NCBI GenBank assembly: GCA_001783215.1
Contig: MFRA01000005.1
Span: 329,423-393,422, forward strand
DNA from: Candidatus Magasanikbacteria bacterium RIFOXYD1_FULL_40_23
Lineage (GTDB): Bacteria > Patescibacteriota > Patescibacteriia > Magasanikbacterales > GWA2-37-8
DNA: 64,000 bases
Direction: 5' to 3'
Of this stretch, positions 1 through 9,672 are shown piece after piece; position 1 is the stretch's first letter, and each line of letters begins with the position of its first letter. A program made the translations under genes and the position numbers. The notes under the pieces are model-generated. The model had not been told where the DNA came from. It saw nothing but the letters and a program-made list of their open reading frames with translations, and ran no database searches.

Positions 1-14
1 CACAATCAAAGTCA

Positions 15-905
15 ATGACTCGAGCCGACGCCGGTTCTCTTTTGGAAGAAAAAATACCGGCCAAAACTTCGGGTGGCTTGGTTAGTTCCAAACGAGAGGG
101 TCAGGTAGAAGAAGTAATTAGAAAAATTGGTTTTGGAGTAGCTCCAGATTTGCAGGGTAGATTAAAAAGTTTAATTTTGGCTAGATTGAAAGATATAAAA
201 AGTGAAGATGAAACACGAGAGGTTCTTTCTAGAGCAACGAAAAACAGCGGCTTAGGTCTTTCTGATACTCAAGCAGATAAAATTATTAAAACTTGTAAAG
301 AAGTTTTGGCAGCCGAAAGTTCTTTGGTAAAAGAAAACAATGTTGATATCCCGGGATTAAAAGGAAAACCAAGTAGTATGTCTCTAATGGTAGAGCCACC
401 GGAATTGCCAATGGTAATTCCTGTAAAGGATAATTTTGCTACAAAAAATTCTACCCCAGTTTCGGCACCAATTAAGCCAGTAGGCAATAGTGTAGTTTCT
501 AAATTGATAAATGAAAGCATGGGTAATGAGCCGGTATTTAAGATTAGTACCAAGCCAGTAGTGAAATCAATGGTTCAAGACGTATCTGCTCCGCCAGATC
601 TAGAAATGGGACCAGTAGAAGAATTTAAATCCCTCACAATTGCAGAGTTTAGAAGACTGTCTAGCAATCCAGAAGAAGCCGCCAAAAGACTGCATCAAAA
701 AATGGTTAATTTACAGGAAGAATCTTTTGTGTGGTATCTGGATGCTGTGGCCGCATATCATAGTTCGCCGTTATATTTAGAGTATATGTTGGCAGTCAGC
801 CAGTCTTTAGCTGACAGAAAATCTTTGGCCAATGTACTTGCTGTGAAAAATGGTATAAAATTAAACGAAGTAATGGCAATAGTAGAAATGGAAAAGACGT
901 TGTAA
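15..905 (+). CDS. hypothetical protein (may be 5'-truncated by the window edge)
   Basis: 296-aa ORF with no recognisable motif; the in-frame sequence upstream of ATG at 15 has no stop, so the gene may start outside the window. Confidence 0.3.
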   Translation: MTRADAGSLLEEKIPAKTSGGLVSSKREGQVEEVIRKIGFGVAPDLQGRLKSLILARLKDIKSEDETREVLSRATKNSGLGLSDTQADKIIKTCKEVLAAESSLVKENNVDIPGLKGKPSSMSLMVEPPELPMVIPVKDNFATKNSTPVSAPIKPVGNSVVSKLINESMGNEPVFKISTKPVVKSMVQDVSAPPDLEMGPVEEFKSLTIAEFRRLSSNPEEAAKRLHQKMVNLQEESFVWYLDAVAAYHSSPLYLEYMLAVSQSLADRKSLANVLAVKNGIKLNEVMAIVEMEKTL

Positions 906-912
906 GGTAGCT

Positions 913-983
913 GTCATTCTGAGCAAAGCGAAGAATCCCTTTTGTTAGACGTAGAGGGATCCTTCACTCCGTTCAGGATGACA
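913..983. repeat. palindromic intergenic element family A, copy 1 (GTCATTCTGAGCAAAGCGAAGAATCCCT ... AGGGATCCTTCACTCCGTTCAGGATGAC)
   Basis: imperfect inverted-repeat arms of about 28 nt flank an 8-16-nt variable centre; five copies at 913, 1445, 6083, 7398, 9583. Confidence 0.8.
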
Positions 984-991
984 AAAACAAT

Positions 992-1417
992 ATGGAACAA
1001 TTTGTAGTGCCACAATTTATAGAAGTGGAAGATAAGATCTTTGGCCCTATTACCACCAGACAGTTTATTATTTTACTGGTAACTGGGTTGGTTTTATTTA
1101 TTATTTTTAAATTAGCCGACGTAACGTTATTTATTTTTCTAGCTGTGTTAATAGGCGGTTCGGCTGTGGTAGTGGCCTTTGTAAAAGTAAATGGCCAGCC
1201 ATTCCATTATTTTTTATTAAATATAGTGCAAACATTGCGCCGTCCAAGCAGAAGAGTGTGGTATAAGAGTTTTAGCAAGACTGAGCTGTCAGAGTCAATT
1301 AAGTCCGGAAAACTGGAGGTAGTCGAAGTAATAAAAGAAGTTCCGCGAATGTCTTATAGCAGAATCCGGGATCTATCACTTATAGTAAATACAGGAGGGT
1401 ATTACAAACCAGAGTAG
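992..1417 (+). CDS. PrgI-family-like small membrane protein (T4SS-associated)
   Basis: N-terminus VPQFIEVEDKIFGPITTRQF followed by two TM helices is the typical PrgI-family pattern; it lies just upstream of a VirB4-like ATPase. Confidence 0.45.
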   Translation: MEQFVVPQFIEVEDKIFGPITTRQFIILLVTGLVLFIIFKLADVTLFIFLAVLIGGSAVVVAFVKVNGQPFHYFLLNIVQTLRRPSRRVWYKSFSKTELSESIKSGKLEVVEVIKEVPRMSYSRIRDLSLIVNTGGYYKPE

Positions 1418-1444
1418 CGTCTTTTTTATAGAGTTTCGTAGTGT

Positions 1445-1514
1445 GTCATTCTGAGCAAAGCGAAGAATCCCTCTCGTTCGGGTGTAAGGGATCCTTCACT
1501 CCGTTCAGGATGAC
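1445..1514. repeat. palindromic intergenic element family A, copy 2
   Basis: near-identical to copy 1; lies between the PrgI-like gene and the next ORF. Confidence 0.8.
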
Positions 1515-1549
1515 AGTTGAAGCGAGTCTCATTTGCAATTATCAAAAAT

Positions 1550-2227
1550 ATGGAAGAAAAACCACAAAAAAAGAAAATATCAGTCCCAAGTGCTCAAAGC
1601 CATCTGCCTTTTGCCGAAATCAAATTTGATACGGCAATCATGAAAGATGGTACTTTGCGTGCTGTTCTTATGGTTTCTAGCATTAACTTTGCTTTGAAAA
1701 ATGAAGACGAGCAAAACGCCATTATTTCTTCCTATGTTTCTTTTTTAAACGGCATTGATTTTCCTTTGCAGATTGTGATTCAGTCTCGTCAGTTATATAT
1801 CAAACCGTACTTAGAAAAATTATTAAAAAAAGAGCGTGAACAAACCAACGAATTATTGCGAGTACAAATAGCGGACTATAGATCTTTCGTATCCGAGCTT
1901 GTTAGTCTGGGCAACATTATGAGTAAACAATTCTTTGTGGTTGTGCCTTTTGATCCGCTATCCAACAAAAAAAGAGGTTTTTGGTCCAGAATAAAAGAAG
2001 TTATAAACCCGGCGATAACTATTAAGCTTAAAGATGAGAGATTCCAGCAGCGGAAGCGTGATTTGGATATGAGAGTGCGACAGATACAATCTGGACTTGC
2101 AAGTATGAACTTGGAAGTAGTAAGACTAGATACACAATCGCTAATTGAGTTATTTTATTCTACATATAATCCTGATATTGCCTTTAGCGAACACTTGCCA
2201 TCGGTAAGTGAGTTAAGAGTGGAGTAA
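1550..2227 (+). CDS. hypothetical protein (T4SS-module associated)
   Basis: ORF in the same orientation between the PrgI-like and VirB4-like genes; the start was moved to ATG 1550 because the 1517 start overlaps repeat copy 2. Confidence 0.35.
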   Translation: MEEKPQKKKISVPSAQSHLPFAEIKFDTAIMKDGTLRAVLMVSSINFALKNEDEQNAIISSYVSFLNGIDFPLQIVIQSRQLYIKPYLEKLLKKEREQTNELLRVQIADYRSFVSELVSLGNIMSKQFFVVVPFDPLSNKKRGFWSRIKEVINPAITIKLKDERFQQRKRDLDMRVRQIQSGLASMNLEVVRLDTQSLIELFYSTYNPDIAFSEHLPSVSELRVE

Positions 2228-2251
2228 GCAAAGTTAACTTATATTTCGAAT

Positions 2252-4120
2252 ATGGCTTTTCAACCAAAATTTGCCGTTCCATCTTTCAAGAAAAAAGGGC
2301 CTTTATCCAGTAAGGAGATTGAGATTGCCAAAAAAGCAGGCGAGGAATTGATTACTCTGGAAGAAGAGAGGGTCTATCGCGAAGGCACGGTTTCCATAAA
2401 AGATCTGTTGGCGCCTTCGGCTTTTAATGTTGAATCTAATTTTATAAAGTTGGGCGACATATTTTGTCGTACTATATTTGTGGTAACTTATCCTAGATAT
2501 ATTTCTATTGGCTGGAGCTCTCCTGTGCTTAATCTTTCTATTACCATGGATGTGGGTATGTTTTTTTACCCTGTGCAAGCTCCTGTGATTTTGAAACAAT
2601 TAAGAAACAAAGTAGGTGCTTTGGAAGCCCAGTTAAATGCAGATTCAGAAAAGGGTGCGCCTCGCGATCCGGTGCGTGAAACCGCTTTGCGCGACATAGA
2701 GCAGCTGCGCGATGATCTTACCCAAGGCATTGAGCATTTTTTCCAGTTTTCTTTTTACGTAACTCTTTATGCCAAAACAAAAGAAGAGCTTGATCAAACT
2801 TCCGAAGATGTAGAAAACATTTTTGGTTCCAAACTTATTACCAGTCGTAAAGTTTTGTATCAAGCGGAACAAGGGTTTAATTCTACTCTGCCTTTGGCAA
2901 ATGATGAGCTGATGATATCTTTTAACCTGAACTCTTCGCCAATTGCTGCGTCTTTTCCATTTACTTCCGCAGAGCTTACTTCAGACGATGGTATTCTCTA
3001 TGGTGTAAACCGTCACAACAACAGCCTTATTTTATTTGATAGATTCTCTTTGCAAAACGCCAACATGGCAGTGTTTGCCACTTCTGGTGCTGGTAAAAGT
3101 TACGCTATCAAGTTAGAAATTTTGCGCAGTATGATGATGGGCGCAGATATTATTGTTATTGACCCGGAAATGGAATATAAACATTTGGCAGATGCTGTGG
3201 GTGGTACCTATATAAACATTTCTCTTTCTTCCGAAAGTAAAGTAAATCCTTTTGACTTGCCAAGACCAACTGGCGGACAAGATTTTTCTACAGAAGATAT
3301 AATTCGTGGCGCTGTTATAACTGTAAAAGGCTTGCTCCGTATCATGCTCGGCACGCTTACCACTGAGCAGGATTCTGTAATAGACCGCGCGCTGATAGAA
3401 ACCTATGCCAAAAAAGATATTACCCCTGAAGCAGATTTGGCTGTAGTGCAGCCACCGATAGTTCAAGATTTGCAAGAAATTCTAGAAGGCATGGAAGGTG
3501 CGGGTGATTTGGTTCTTCGATTAAAAAAATATACTGAAGGTACTTTTAGTGGTTTGTTTAACGCGCCTACCAATGTAAATATGAAAAATCAGTTGGTAGT
3601 ATTTAGTGTGCGCGATTTGGAAGACGAGCTGCGCCCTATGGCCATATATGCTATAGTTAACTATATATGGAATGTAGTAAGATCCGAACATAAGAAAAGA
3701 ATACTAGTCATCGATGAAGCCTGGTGGCTTATGCAACACGAAGACAGTGCCAGATTTATCTTTGCTTTGGTAAAACGCGCTCGTAAATATTATTTGGGTG
3801 TTACAACTATTACCCAAGATGTAAATGACTTTTTGAAATCTCAGTACGGACAGGCAATCGTGACCAACTCTGCTTTGCAAATGTTGTTGCGCCAATCACC
3901 GGCATCCATAGATTTGGTGCAGAAAATTTTCTTGCTTACCGAAGGCGAAAAATATTTACTCCTAGAGAGTGGAGTAGGGGAAGGGATATTTTTCGCCGGC
4001 AATAAGCATGCAGCCATTAAAGTGGTGGCTTCATATACCGAAGATCAGTTGGTAACCACCAATCCGGAGCAGATTTTGGAGATAGAAAAATCTAAGAAAG
4101 AGTTCGAAAAACAAGCATAA
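2252..4120 (+). CDS. virB4: VirB4/TrsE/PrgJ-type conjugative-transfer ATPase
   Basis: Walker A (VFATSGAGKSYAIK) and Walker B (ILVIDEAWWLM); N-terminal LAPSAFNVESNFIKLGDIFCRTIFVVTYPRYI is a VirB4-like block. Confidence 0.7.
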   Translation: MAFQPKFAVPSFKKKGPLSSKEIEIAKKAGEELITLEEERVYREGTVSIKDLLAPSAFNVESNFIKLGDIFCRTIFVVTYPRYISIGWSSPVLNLSITMDVGMFFYPVQAPVILKQLRNKVGALEAQLNADSEKGAPRDPVRETALRDIEQLRDDLTQGIEHFFQFSFYVTLYAKTKEELDQTSEDVENIFGSKLITSRKVLYQAEQGFNSTLPLANDELMISFNLNSSPIAASFPFTSAELTSDDGILYGVNRHNNSLILFDRFSLQNANMAVFATSGAGKSYAIKLEILRSMMMGADIIVIDPEMEYKHLADAVGGTYINISLSSESKVNPFDLPRPTGGQDFSTEDIIRGAVITVKGLLRIMLGTLTTEQDSVIDRALIETYAKKDITPEADLAVVQPPIVQDLQEILEGMEGAGDLVLRLKKYTEGTFSGLFNAPTNVNMKNQLVVFSVRDLEDELRPMAIYAIVNYIWNVVRSEHKKRILVIDEAWWLMQHEDSARFIFALVKRARKYYLGVTTITQDVNDFLKSQYGQAIVTNSALQMLLRQSPASIDLVQKIFLLTEGEKYLLLESGVGEGIFFAGNKHAAIKVVASYTEDQLVTTNPEQILEIEKSKKEFEKQA

Positions 4121-4143
4121 GTATATAATCTAACATTAATTGT

Positions 4144-4725
4144 ATGTCACTTCGCGTTCGCATTTTTATCATCGTCAGTGTTGTGGTGCTTTTGGTTTTA
4201 TCTGTAAGTATATTTTTGATAGTTAAAAATAAAAATAAAACTACAGACACTACTACAACCCCAGGCACAGACACAACTTTGCCTAGCACAAGTGGCGGTA
4301 CTCAGTCCGATGTCCAAGTATTAATCGACAAAGGTCTTCCGGCCAAAACACCTACCCCTTTGGAAGTTGAACAAAATGCAGTGGAGCAGTTAGCCAAGAT
4401 TTTTGTAGAGCGCTACGGTACTTATTCCACAGATAACGAATTTCAAAACATAAAAGAATCCCAGACTTTGGTTACCAAATCTTTATGGTCTAGAATTAGT
4501 GTGGGTATAAATGCAAAATCAACCAGTCAAGATTTTTTGGGTCTTACTACCAAAGTAATGAGTACCAGATTGGCTATTTGGGAAGATGCTCGCGCTACTG
4601 TAGAGATAAAAACTATGAGAACAGAAGATAAGGGCGGAGTTGTATCAACTCGTTATCAGAATGCCGCTGTAGGTATGGTAAAAGAAGACGGTGTATGGTT
4701 GGCCAATACATTGGTTTGGAATTAA
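4144..4725 (+). CDS. membrane-anchored protein with Thr-rich linker
   Basis: N-terminal TM helix followed by a TTDTTTTPGTDTT low-complexity linker and a globular C-terminus. Confidence 0.35.
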   Translation: MSLRVRIFIIVSVVVLLVLSVSIFLIVKNKNKTTDTTTTPGTDTTLPSTSGGTQSDVQVLIDKGLPAKTPTPLEVEQNAVEQLAKIFVERYGTYSTDNEFQNIKESQTLVTKSLWSRISVGINAKSTSQDFLGLTTKVMSTRLAIWEDARATVEIKTMRTEDKGGVVSTRYQNAAVGMVKEDGVWLANTLVWN

Positions 4726-4726
4726 C

Positions 4727-5374
4727 ATGTCTGGCAATGTGGTAGGTTGGTTGAAAGATTTATTGTTTCCCAAATTTTGTGTAAGTTGCAAGCAAGAAAG
4801 TGATTGGTTGTGCGAAACGTGTCTGCAAGCAATTTTAAATTTAAAAGACTATTCTTCTATAGATAACCAAGCCGTTTCTAATCTGGATAAGATAACGGCT
4901 TTGTTTGATTATGGAGAAAATACAGTATCAAAATTAATTCAGATGTTTAAGTACAACTATTTAATTGAGCTAGAAGATGTTTTTAGAAAGATGATATTTG
5001 CAAGCCGGCTAGATTTTATTATAAAAGATTTTGTTGTTATGCCTGTACCGCTTCATCCGCGCCGAGAGCGAGAAAGGGGCTTCAATCAATCAGAAATTTT
5101 AGCAAACCTATTTGCAGAAAAACTTGGGCTAGAAATAAATAAAGATTTGCACCGTGCCGTATATACCAAACAGCAAGCCAAGCTTTCTGGTGTTGCTAGG
5201 CGAGATAATTTAAAAGATGTTTTTGTGTTTCGCCAAATAGATAAAATAGTACCAGAAAAAGTTCTACTTATAGATGATGTATATACTACTGGTGCAACTA
5301 TGGAGGAGTGTGCCAAAGCGCTAAAAAGCGTTGGGGTAAAAGTTGTTTGGGGGTTGGTAATGGCCAGAGGATAG
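4727..5374 (+). CDS. comFC: ComF-family competence protein (phosphoribosyltransferase-like)
   Basis: N-terminal Cys cluster (CVSC...CETC) and C-terminal PRTase motif (LLIDDVYTTGATM); the start was set to ATG 4727, just after the previous stop. Confidence 0.65.
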   Translation: MSGNVVGWLKDLLFPKFCVSCKQESDWLCETCLQAILNLKDYSSIDNQAVSNLDKITALFDYGENTVSKLIQMFKYNYLIELEDVFRKMIFASRLDFIIKDFVVMPVPLHPRRERERGFNQSEILANLFAEKLGLEINKDLHRAVYTKQQAKLSGVARRDNLKDVFVFRQIDKIVPEKVLLIDDVYTTGATMEECAKALKSVGVKVVWGLVMARG

Positions 5375-5380
5375 GCCTTC

Positions 5381-5707
5381 CTATATAGGAAGCATGGCTC
5401 GGGCGTCTGGGTCCATCATATCTATTGTCCACATTGGGTTCCAGACCAAGTCTACTGTAACTTTTTTTATTTTAGGAAGCTTTGCCATTTCTTCTTTTAC
5501 TTGCTCAATTAGGCTGGCGCCAAACGGGCAGCCCATACTAGTAAAGGTCATGGTCACCATAGCGGTGGTATTTTTGATTTCTATATTATATACAAGTCCT
5601 AAATCTACAATACCCATACCTACTTCTGGATCAAAAATAGTATTGAGAATTTTCCAATATTCTTGGGTGCGTTGTTCGGGTGGGGTAGGGGTTATTTTTT
5701 TGCTCAT
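5381..5707 (-). CDS. DUF59/MIP18-family Fe-S cluster assembly protein (SufT-like)
   Basis: GMGIVDLGLVY...MTFTSMGCP motif characteristic of DUF59; it lies at the end of the suf operon. Confidence 0.55.
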   Translation of the reverse strand: MSKKITPTPPEQRTQEYWKILNTIFDPEVGMGIVDLGLVYNIEIKNTTAMVTMTFTSMGCPFGASLIEQVKEEMAKLPKIKKVTVDLVWNPMWTIDMMDPDARAMLPI

Positions 5708-5710
5708 ATA

Positions 5711-6067
5711 TTAGTGTAGATTTTTTTGTAATGCGTTGAGTCCTAGTAAAGCGCATTTGGTTCGTCCGGGGCTTATAGTTATTCCCAGTAGATTGTATAT
5801 ATCTTTTGGTTTTAGTTTTTTTAATACAGAGATTTTTTTGCCTTCTACATAATCTGCTAGCATAGACATAGAAGCTTGGCTTATAGCGCAACCATTGCCT
5901 ACAAAACCAATTTCTTCCACTGTGTCTTTATTTATTTTTAAATCAAGACGAATAACATCTCCGCAAAGTGGATTGTGTTCGGTGGTGCTAATTGTAGGTT
6001 TGCCAAGCGCACCCGCATGATGTGGGTGTTGATAGTGATCAAGAATTGTTTCGGTATATATGTCCAT
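5711..6067 (-). CDS. sufU: SufU/IscU-like Fe-S scaffold
   Basis: NifU N-terminal domain motifs LCGD...GNGCAISQAS. Confidence 0.75.
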   Translation of the reverse strand: MDIYTETILDHYQHPHHAGALGKPTISTTEHNPLCGDVIRLDLKINKDTVEEIGFVGNGCAISQASMSMLADYVEGKKISVLKKLKPKDIYNLLGITISPGRTKCALLGLNALQKNLH

Positions 6068-6082
6068 AAGTAATTGGTAGTT

Positions 6083-6150
6083 GTCATCCTGAACGCAGTG
6101 AAGGATCCCTTAAGCCATGAGAGGGATTCATTCGCTCTGCTCAGAATGAC
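6083..6150. repeat. palindromic intergenic element family A, copy 3 (inverted orientation)
   Basis: GTCATCCTGAACGCAGTGAAGGATCCCT ... AGGGATTCATTCGCTCTGCTCAGAATGAC between sufU and sufS. Confidence 0.75.
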
Positions 6151-6165
6151 AACCTGTATTTATAA

Positions 6166-7383
6166 TTATAGTTTAAATATTTTCAATACTTTTTTTAAAG
6201 CTATTTCGACTGTGTCTATATCTTTTTTTGTATTATAAATATAAAAGCTCAATCGCGCGGTGCCATTTGGTGCGCCTAGTTTTTGTAAAAGCGGTTCGGC
6301 GCAATGTAGTCCGGAGCGAATAGCTATGCCGTGGTCGTTAAATATAGTAGCAATGTCGTGCGGGTGTACGCCGTCTATAGCAAAAGATAATACTGCTCCA
6401 GTGTCTTGTGGTTTAGATGGAGAGAAAACTTTTACTTGCGGGTAGCGTGCCAACATCTTTTTTGCGTAAGCGAGCAGTTCTTTGTCGTGATCGGCAATAT
6501 TTTTTAAGCCAATTTTGTTTATATAATCTATGGCTGCACCATATGCAACTACGCCTGCAATGTTTGGCGTACCAGCCTCAAATTTCCAGTGGCCAGTGCG
6601 GTAGGTAGCAGATTTTTCTTGTACAGATTCTATCATTTCGCCACCATACATAAATGGCGTCATTTCGTTCATCAAGTCGCTTCTTATATATAGCACTCCT
6701 ACGCCGGTTGGGCCCATCATTTTGTGGGCAGAAAAAGCAAAGAAATCACAACCAAGACTGGTTAAGTTGGTAGGCGTGTGTCCCACGCTTTGTGCGCCAT
6801 CCACCATTACTTTTGCGCCTACTATATGTGCCATTTCTACTATTTTTTTAACAGGCGTAATTGTGCCAGTTACATTGGATTGAGCGGTAACACAAACCAA
6901 TTTTGTTTTTGCAGAAAGAAGTTTTTGGTAAGCGTCTGTGTCCAAAATATAATTTGCAGTTAGAGGGATAATTTTTAAAATAGCCTTTTTATTTTTGGCC
7001 AATTCTTGCCACGGTACCAAGTTGGCATGATGTTCTAGAGCGCTAACAATTATCTCGTCTCCGGCATTAATATGTTTTTGTCCCCAAGCTACCGCTACGC
7101 AGTTTATAGATTCGGTAGCGCTTTTGGTAAAGATTATTTCTTCTTCTGTGGCGCCAATAAATTTGGCAACTTTTTTTCTTACTTCTTCGTACTTATCAGT
7201 AGCTTCTTCGGATATGGTGTGTATGCCACGATGAATATTGGCGTTAGAGGTAGAATAAAAATCTACCAGTGCCTTTAGTACTGTTTTTGGTTTTTGGGTG
7301 GTGGAGGCGTTATCTAAATAGATTAGCGCTTTGCCATTAATTTTTCTTTTGAGAATAGGGAAGTCTGATTTGATGTTTTGCAT
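6166..7383 (-). CDS. sufS: cysteine desulfurase SufS
   Basis: 405-aa class V aminotransferase; N-terminus LIYLDNASTTQKP; SAHKMMGPTG PLP-lysine region; C-terminal RSGLHCAEP. Confidence 0.85.
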   Translation of the reverse strand: MQNIKSDFPILKRKINGKALIYLDNASTTQKPKTVLKALVDFYSTSNANIHRGIHTISEEATDKYEEVRKKVAKFIGATEEEIIFTKSATESINCVAVAWGQKHINAGDEIIVSALEHHANLVPWQELAKNKKAILKIIPLTANYILDTDAYQKLLSAKTKLVCVTAQSNVTGTITPVKKIVEMAHIVGAKVMVDGAQSVGHTPTNLTSLGCDFFAFSAHKMMGPTGVGVLYIRSDLMNEMTPFMYGGEMIESVQEKSATYRTGHWKFEAGTPNIAGVVAYGAAIDYINKIGLKNIADHDKELLAYAKKMLARYPQVKVFSPSKPQDTGAVLSFAIDGVHPHDIATIFNDHGIAIRSGLHCAEPLLQKLGAPNGTARLSFYIYNTKKDIDTVEIALKKVLKIFKL

Positions 7384-7397
7384 ATGTATTATTGATT

Positions 7398-7476
7398 GTC
7401 ATCCCGAGCGAGGTTTTTGGCCGACGAGGGATCTATACTTTAATGAGTAGATTCCTCACGCAAGGTTCGGAATGAC
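7398..7476. repeat. palindromic intergenic element, divergent subfamily of family A, copy 4
   Basis: arms GTCATCCCGAGCGAGG...GGGATC and GATTCCTCACGC...GGAATGAC between sufS and sufD. Confidence 0.6.
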
Positions 7477-7478
7477 AG

Positions 7479-8150
7479 TTATGAAAGAAAATTTTTAACC
7501 GATGTACGAATTATTTCGGCTATTTTTTCATTTTGTATATTCATTATTTCTGATTCAAAAAATCCTTGTACTAGCAGTGCTCGTGCTTGTGTTTCGTCTA
7601 AGCCGCGAGAAAGTAAATAAAATAAAGCCTCTTCGTCTATTTTTCCTACGCTAGCGCTATGACCGGCTTTTATATCATCTGTTTTTATTTCTAGATTTGG
7701 TGATGTTTTGGCCTTGGCTTCATCGGACAAAAGTAGGGTGTGATGAGAAAAATAGGCATTGGCGCCTTTGGCAGTCTTTTCTATTTTCCAATCGCCTTCA
7801 ATATGGCAGGTTGCCTGATCTGTTAGACCAGCTCTTATTCTGGCTCTGATTTGTGTGTTCGGTGCTCCGTGAATAGCCTCTATTTTTGCTGAGTAAGAAA
7901 AATTATTTTTTCCTAAGATGAAAATTATACAATCGCATTTGGCGCCACGTTCTTTGGCGTTTATAATAAATTTGCGTGAATCTTCCCAGCCTTCGGTAAT
8001 TAAACAAATCAAAGTTAAATCAGCATTTTTTTTCAAAGTTATTTTACCATCGGGAATGGTGTCCAAAAAACAGAGCGCCTTTTTGTTTGCGCCAACCACC
8101 AAAACTTTTTTAAATTTTGTGATAGTTTTTGTTTGTGACATACTATCCAA
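7479..8150 (-). CDS. sufD: SufD-like Fe-S assembly protein (short form)
   Basis: C-terminal SufBD block ...[12 protein letters not shown]; only 223 aa, i.e. lacking most of the N-terminal domain. Confidence 0.6.
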   Translation of the reverse strand: MDSMSQTKTITKFKKVLVVGANKKALCFLDTIPDGKITLKKNADLTLICLITEGWEDSRKFIINAKERGAKCDCIIFILGKNNFSYSAKIEAIHGAPNTQIRARIRAGLTDQATCHIEGDWKIEKTAKGANAYFSHHTLLLSDEAKAKTSPNLEIKTDDIKAGHSASVGKIDEEALFYLLSRGLDETQARALLVQGFFESEIMNIQNEKIAEIIRTSVKNFLS

Positions 8151-9561
8151 CTGAACCAGTCATTTCTAATGCCAAAAGACGGTTTAGTTCTACCGCATAT
8201 TCCATCGGCAGTTGTCGTACAATCGGACTGGCAAAACCATTTACAATAAGCGTGGCTGCCTGCTCTTCGGAAAGTCCACGGCTCATCAGATAAAATAATT
8301 CATCTTCACCAATACTGGCCACAGTAGCTTCGTGAGCAATGGCGACGTCTTTTTCTTTTATATCCATAGTAGGGTAGGTGTCCGAGCGAGAAGCAGGATC
8401 AAGCATTAGAGCATCGCAAACTACGCGAGTTTTTACATTCTTGGCGCCTTTGATTACTTTTACTAAACCGCGATAGGTGGTGCGACCACCGTTTTTGCTA
8501 ATGGATTTAGAAACAATAGTAGAGCTGGTATCTGGGGCTAAGTGAATTACCTTGCCGCCAGCATCTTGGTGTTGTCCTTTGGAGGCAAAAGCTAGAGATT
8601 GAATTTCTCCTTTGGCGCCACGTTCACGCAAAATAATACTAGGGTATTTCATTGTTGCTTTGGAGCCAAGGTTGCAGTCCAGCCAAAACATTTCGGCGTT
8701 CTCAAAGGCAGAAGCACGCTTGGTAACCAGATTATAAACATTGCCAGACCAGTTTTGGATAGTGGTATATTGGACACGTGCGCCTTTTTTTACCACTATT
8801 TCTACTACCGCCGAGTGGAGTGAATCACTGGAGTAGGTGGGTGCGGTACAGCCCTCTACATAGTGCACAGAGCTGCCTTCGTCGGCAATGATAAGTGTGC
8901 GTTCAAATTGACCCATGTTTTCTATGTTTATGCGGAAGTAGGCTTGTAATGGCAATTCTATATGTACGCCTTTTGGTACATAGATAAAACTTCCACCAGA
9001 CCAGACTGCCGAGTTGAGGGCAGAGAATTTATTGTCGTGTGCGGGTACTACAGTACCAAAATATTTTTTAAATAATCCCGGATGGTTTTTTAAGGCGTCA
9101 TCGGTGGATTCAAAAATTACGCCTTTTTTGGCTAGTTCTTTGGCTAGAGAATGATAAACCATTTCGGATTCAAATTGAGCGCCGCTGCCAGATAAAAATT
9201 TTTGTTCCGCTTGTGGTACGCCTAGTTTATCAAAAGTATTTTTAATTTCTGCGGGTACGTCTTCCCATTTGCGTTTGGTTTTATCTTGCGGGCGAACGTA
9301 GTAGTGAATATTATCAAAATCAATGCCGGACAAATCTGCACCCCAATTCGGCATATGCTTTTCCAAAAATACCTCGTAAGCCTTTAAGCGAAAATCAAGC
9401 ATCCATTCTGGTTCGGATTTTTGGCGGGACAGATCGCGGATCACTTCTTCGTTTAAACCTTTTTTGGAAGTAAAGACACTATTTGTTTTGGTACGAAAAT
9501 TAGAGGCGGATTTATTGCCAGTCTTGTTTATTATTTTTTTTGTTTTTGTAGGGATTGCCAT
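8143..9561 (-). CDS. sufB: Fe-S cluster assembly protein SufB
   Basis: 472 aa with SufB conserved blocks ([20 protein letters not shown]...); overlaps sufD by 8 nt. Confidence 0.85.
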   Translation of the reverse strand: MAIPTKTKKIINKTGNKSASNFRTKTNSVFTSKKGLNEEVIRDLSRQKSEPEWMLDFRLKAYEVFLEKHMPNWGADLSGIDFDNIHYYVRPQDKTKRKWEDVPAEIKNTFDKLGVPQAEQKFLSGSGAQFESEMVYHSLAKELAKKGVIFESTDDALKNHPGLFKKYFGTVVPAHDNKFSALNSAVWSGGSFIYVPKGVHIELPLQAYFRINIENMGQFERTLIIADEGSSVHYVEGCTAPTYSSDSLHSAVVEIVVKKGARVQYTTIQNWSGNVYNLVTKRASAFENAEMFWLDCNLGSKATMKYPSIILRERGAKGEIQSLAFASKGQHQDAGGKVIHLAPDTSSTIVSKSISKNGGRTTYRGLVKVIKGAKNVKTRVVCDALMLDPASRSDTYPTMDIKEKDVAIAHEATVASIGEDELFYLMSRGLSEEQAATLIVNGFASPIVRQLPMEYAVELNRLLALEMTGSVG

Positions 9562-9582
9562 AAGTTTAAAATTACCTCAATT

Positions 9583-9653
9583 GTCATTCTGAGAGAAACG
9601 AAGAATCCCTTAAGCTTAAAACGAGAGGGATCCTTCATTGTATTCAGGATGAC
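9583..9653. repeat. palindromic intergenic element family A, copy 5
   Basis: GTCATTCTGAGAGAAACGAAGAATCCCT ... AGGGATCCTTCATTGTATTCAGGATGAC between sufB and sufC. Confidence 0.75.
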
Positions 9654-9672
9654 AGTGAAGGTAAGTATTTGT

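Noticed and set aside
1441-1629. 62-aa ORF starting inside repeat copy 2
   Set aside because: It reads through the palindromic element (translating the repeat as MCHSEQSEESLSF...), overlaps the downstream gene, and duplicates the 911-990 repeat translation.
5394-5714. 106-aa + strand ORF
   Set aside because: It is a shadow ORF antisense to the DUF59 gene (5381-5707), which has a clear conserved motif. It is hydrophobic nonsense.
913-9653. Family A palindromes as intrinsic terminators
   Set aside because: No U-run follows any copy, and they sit between co-oriented, translationally close operon genes. A terminator role is unlikely.
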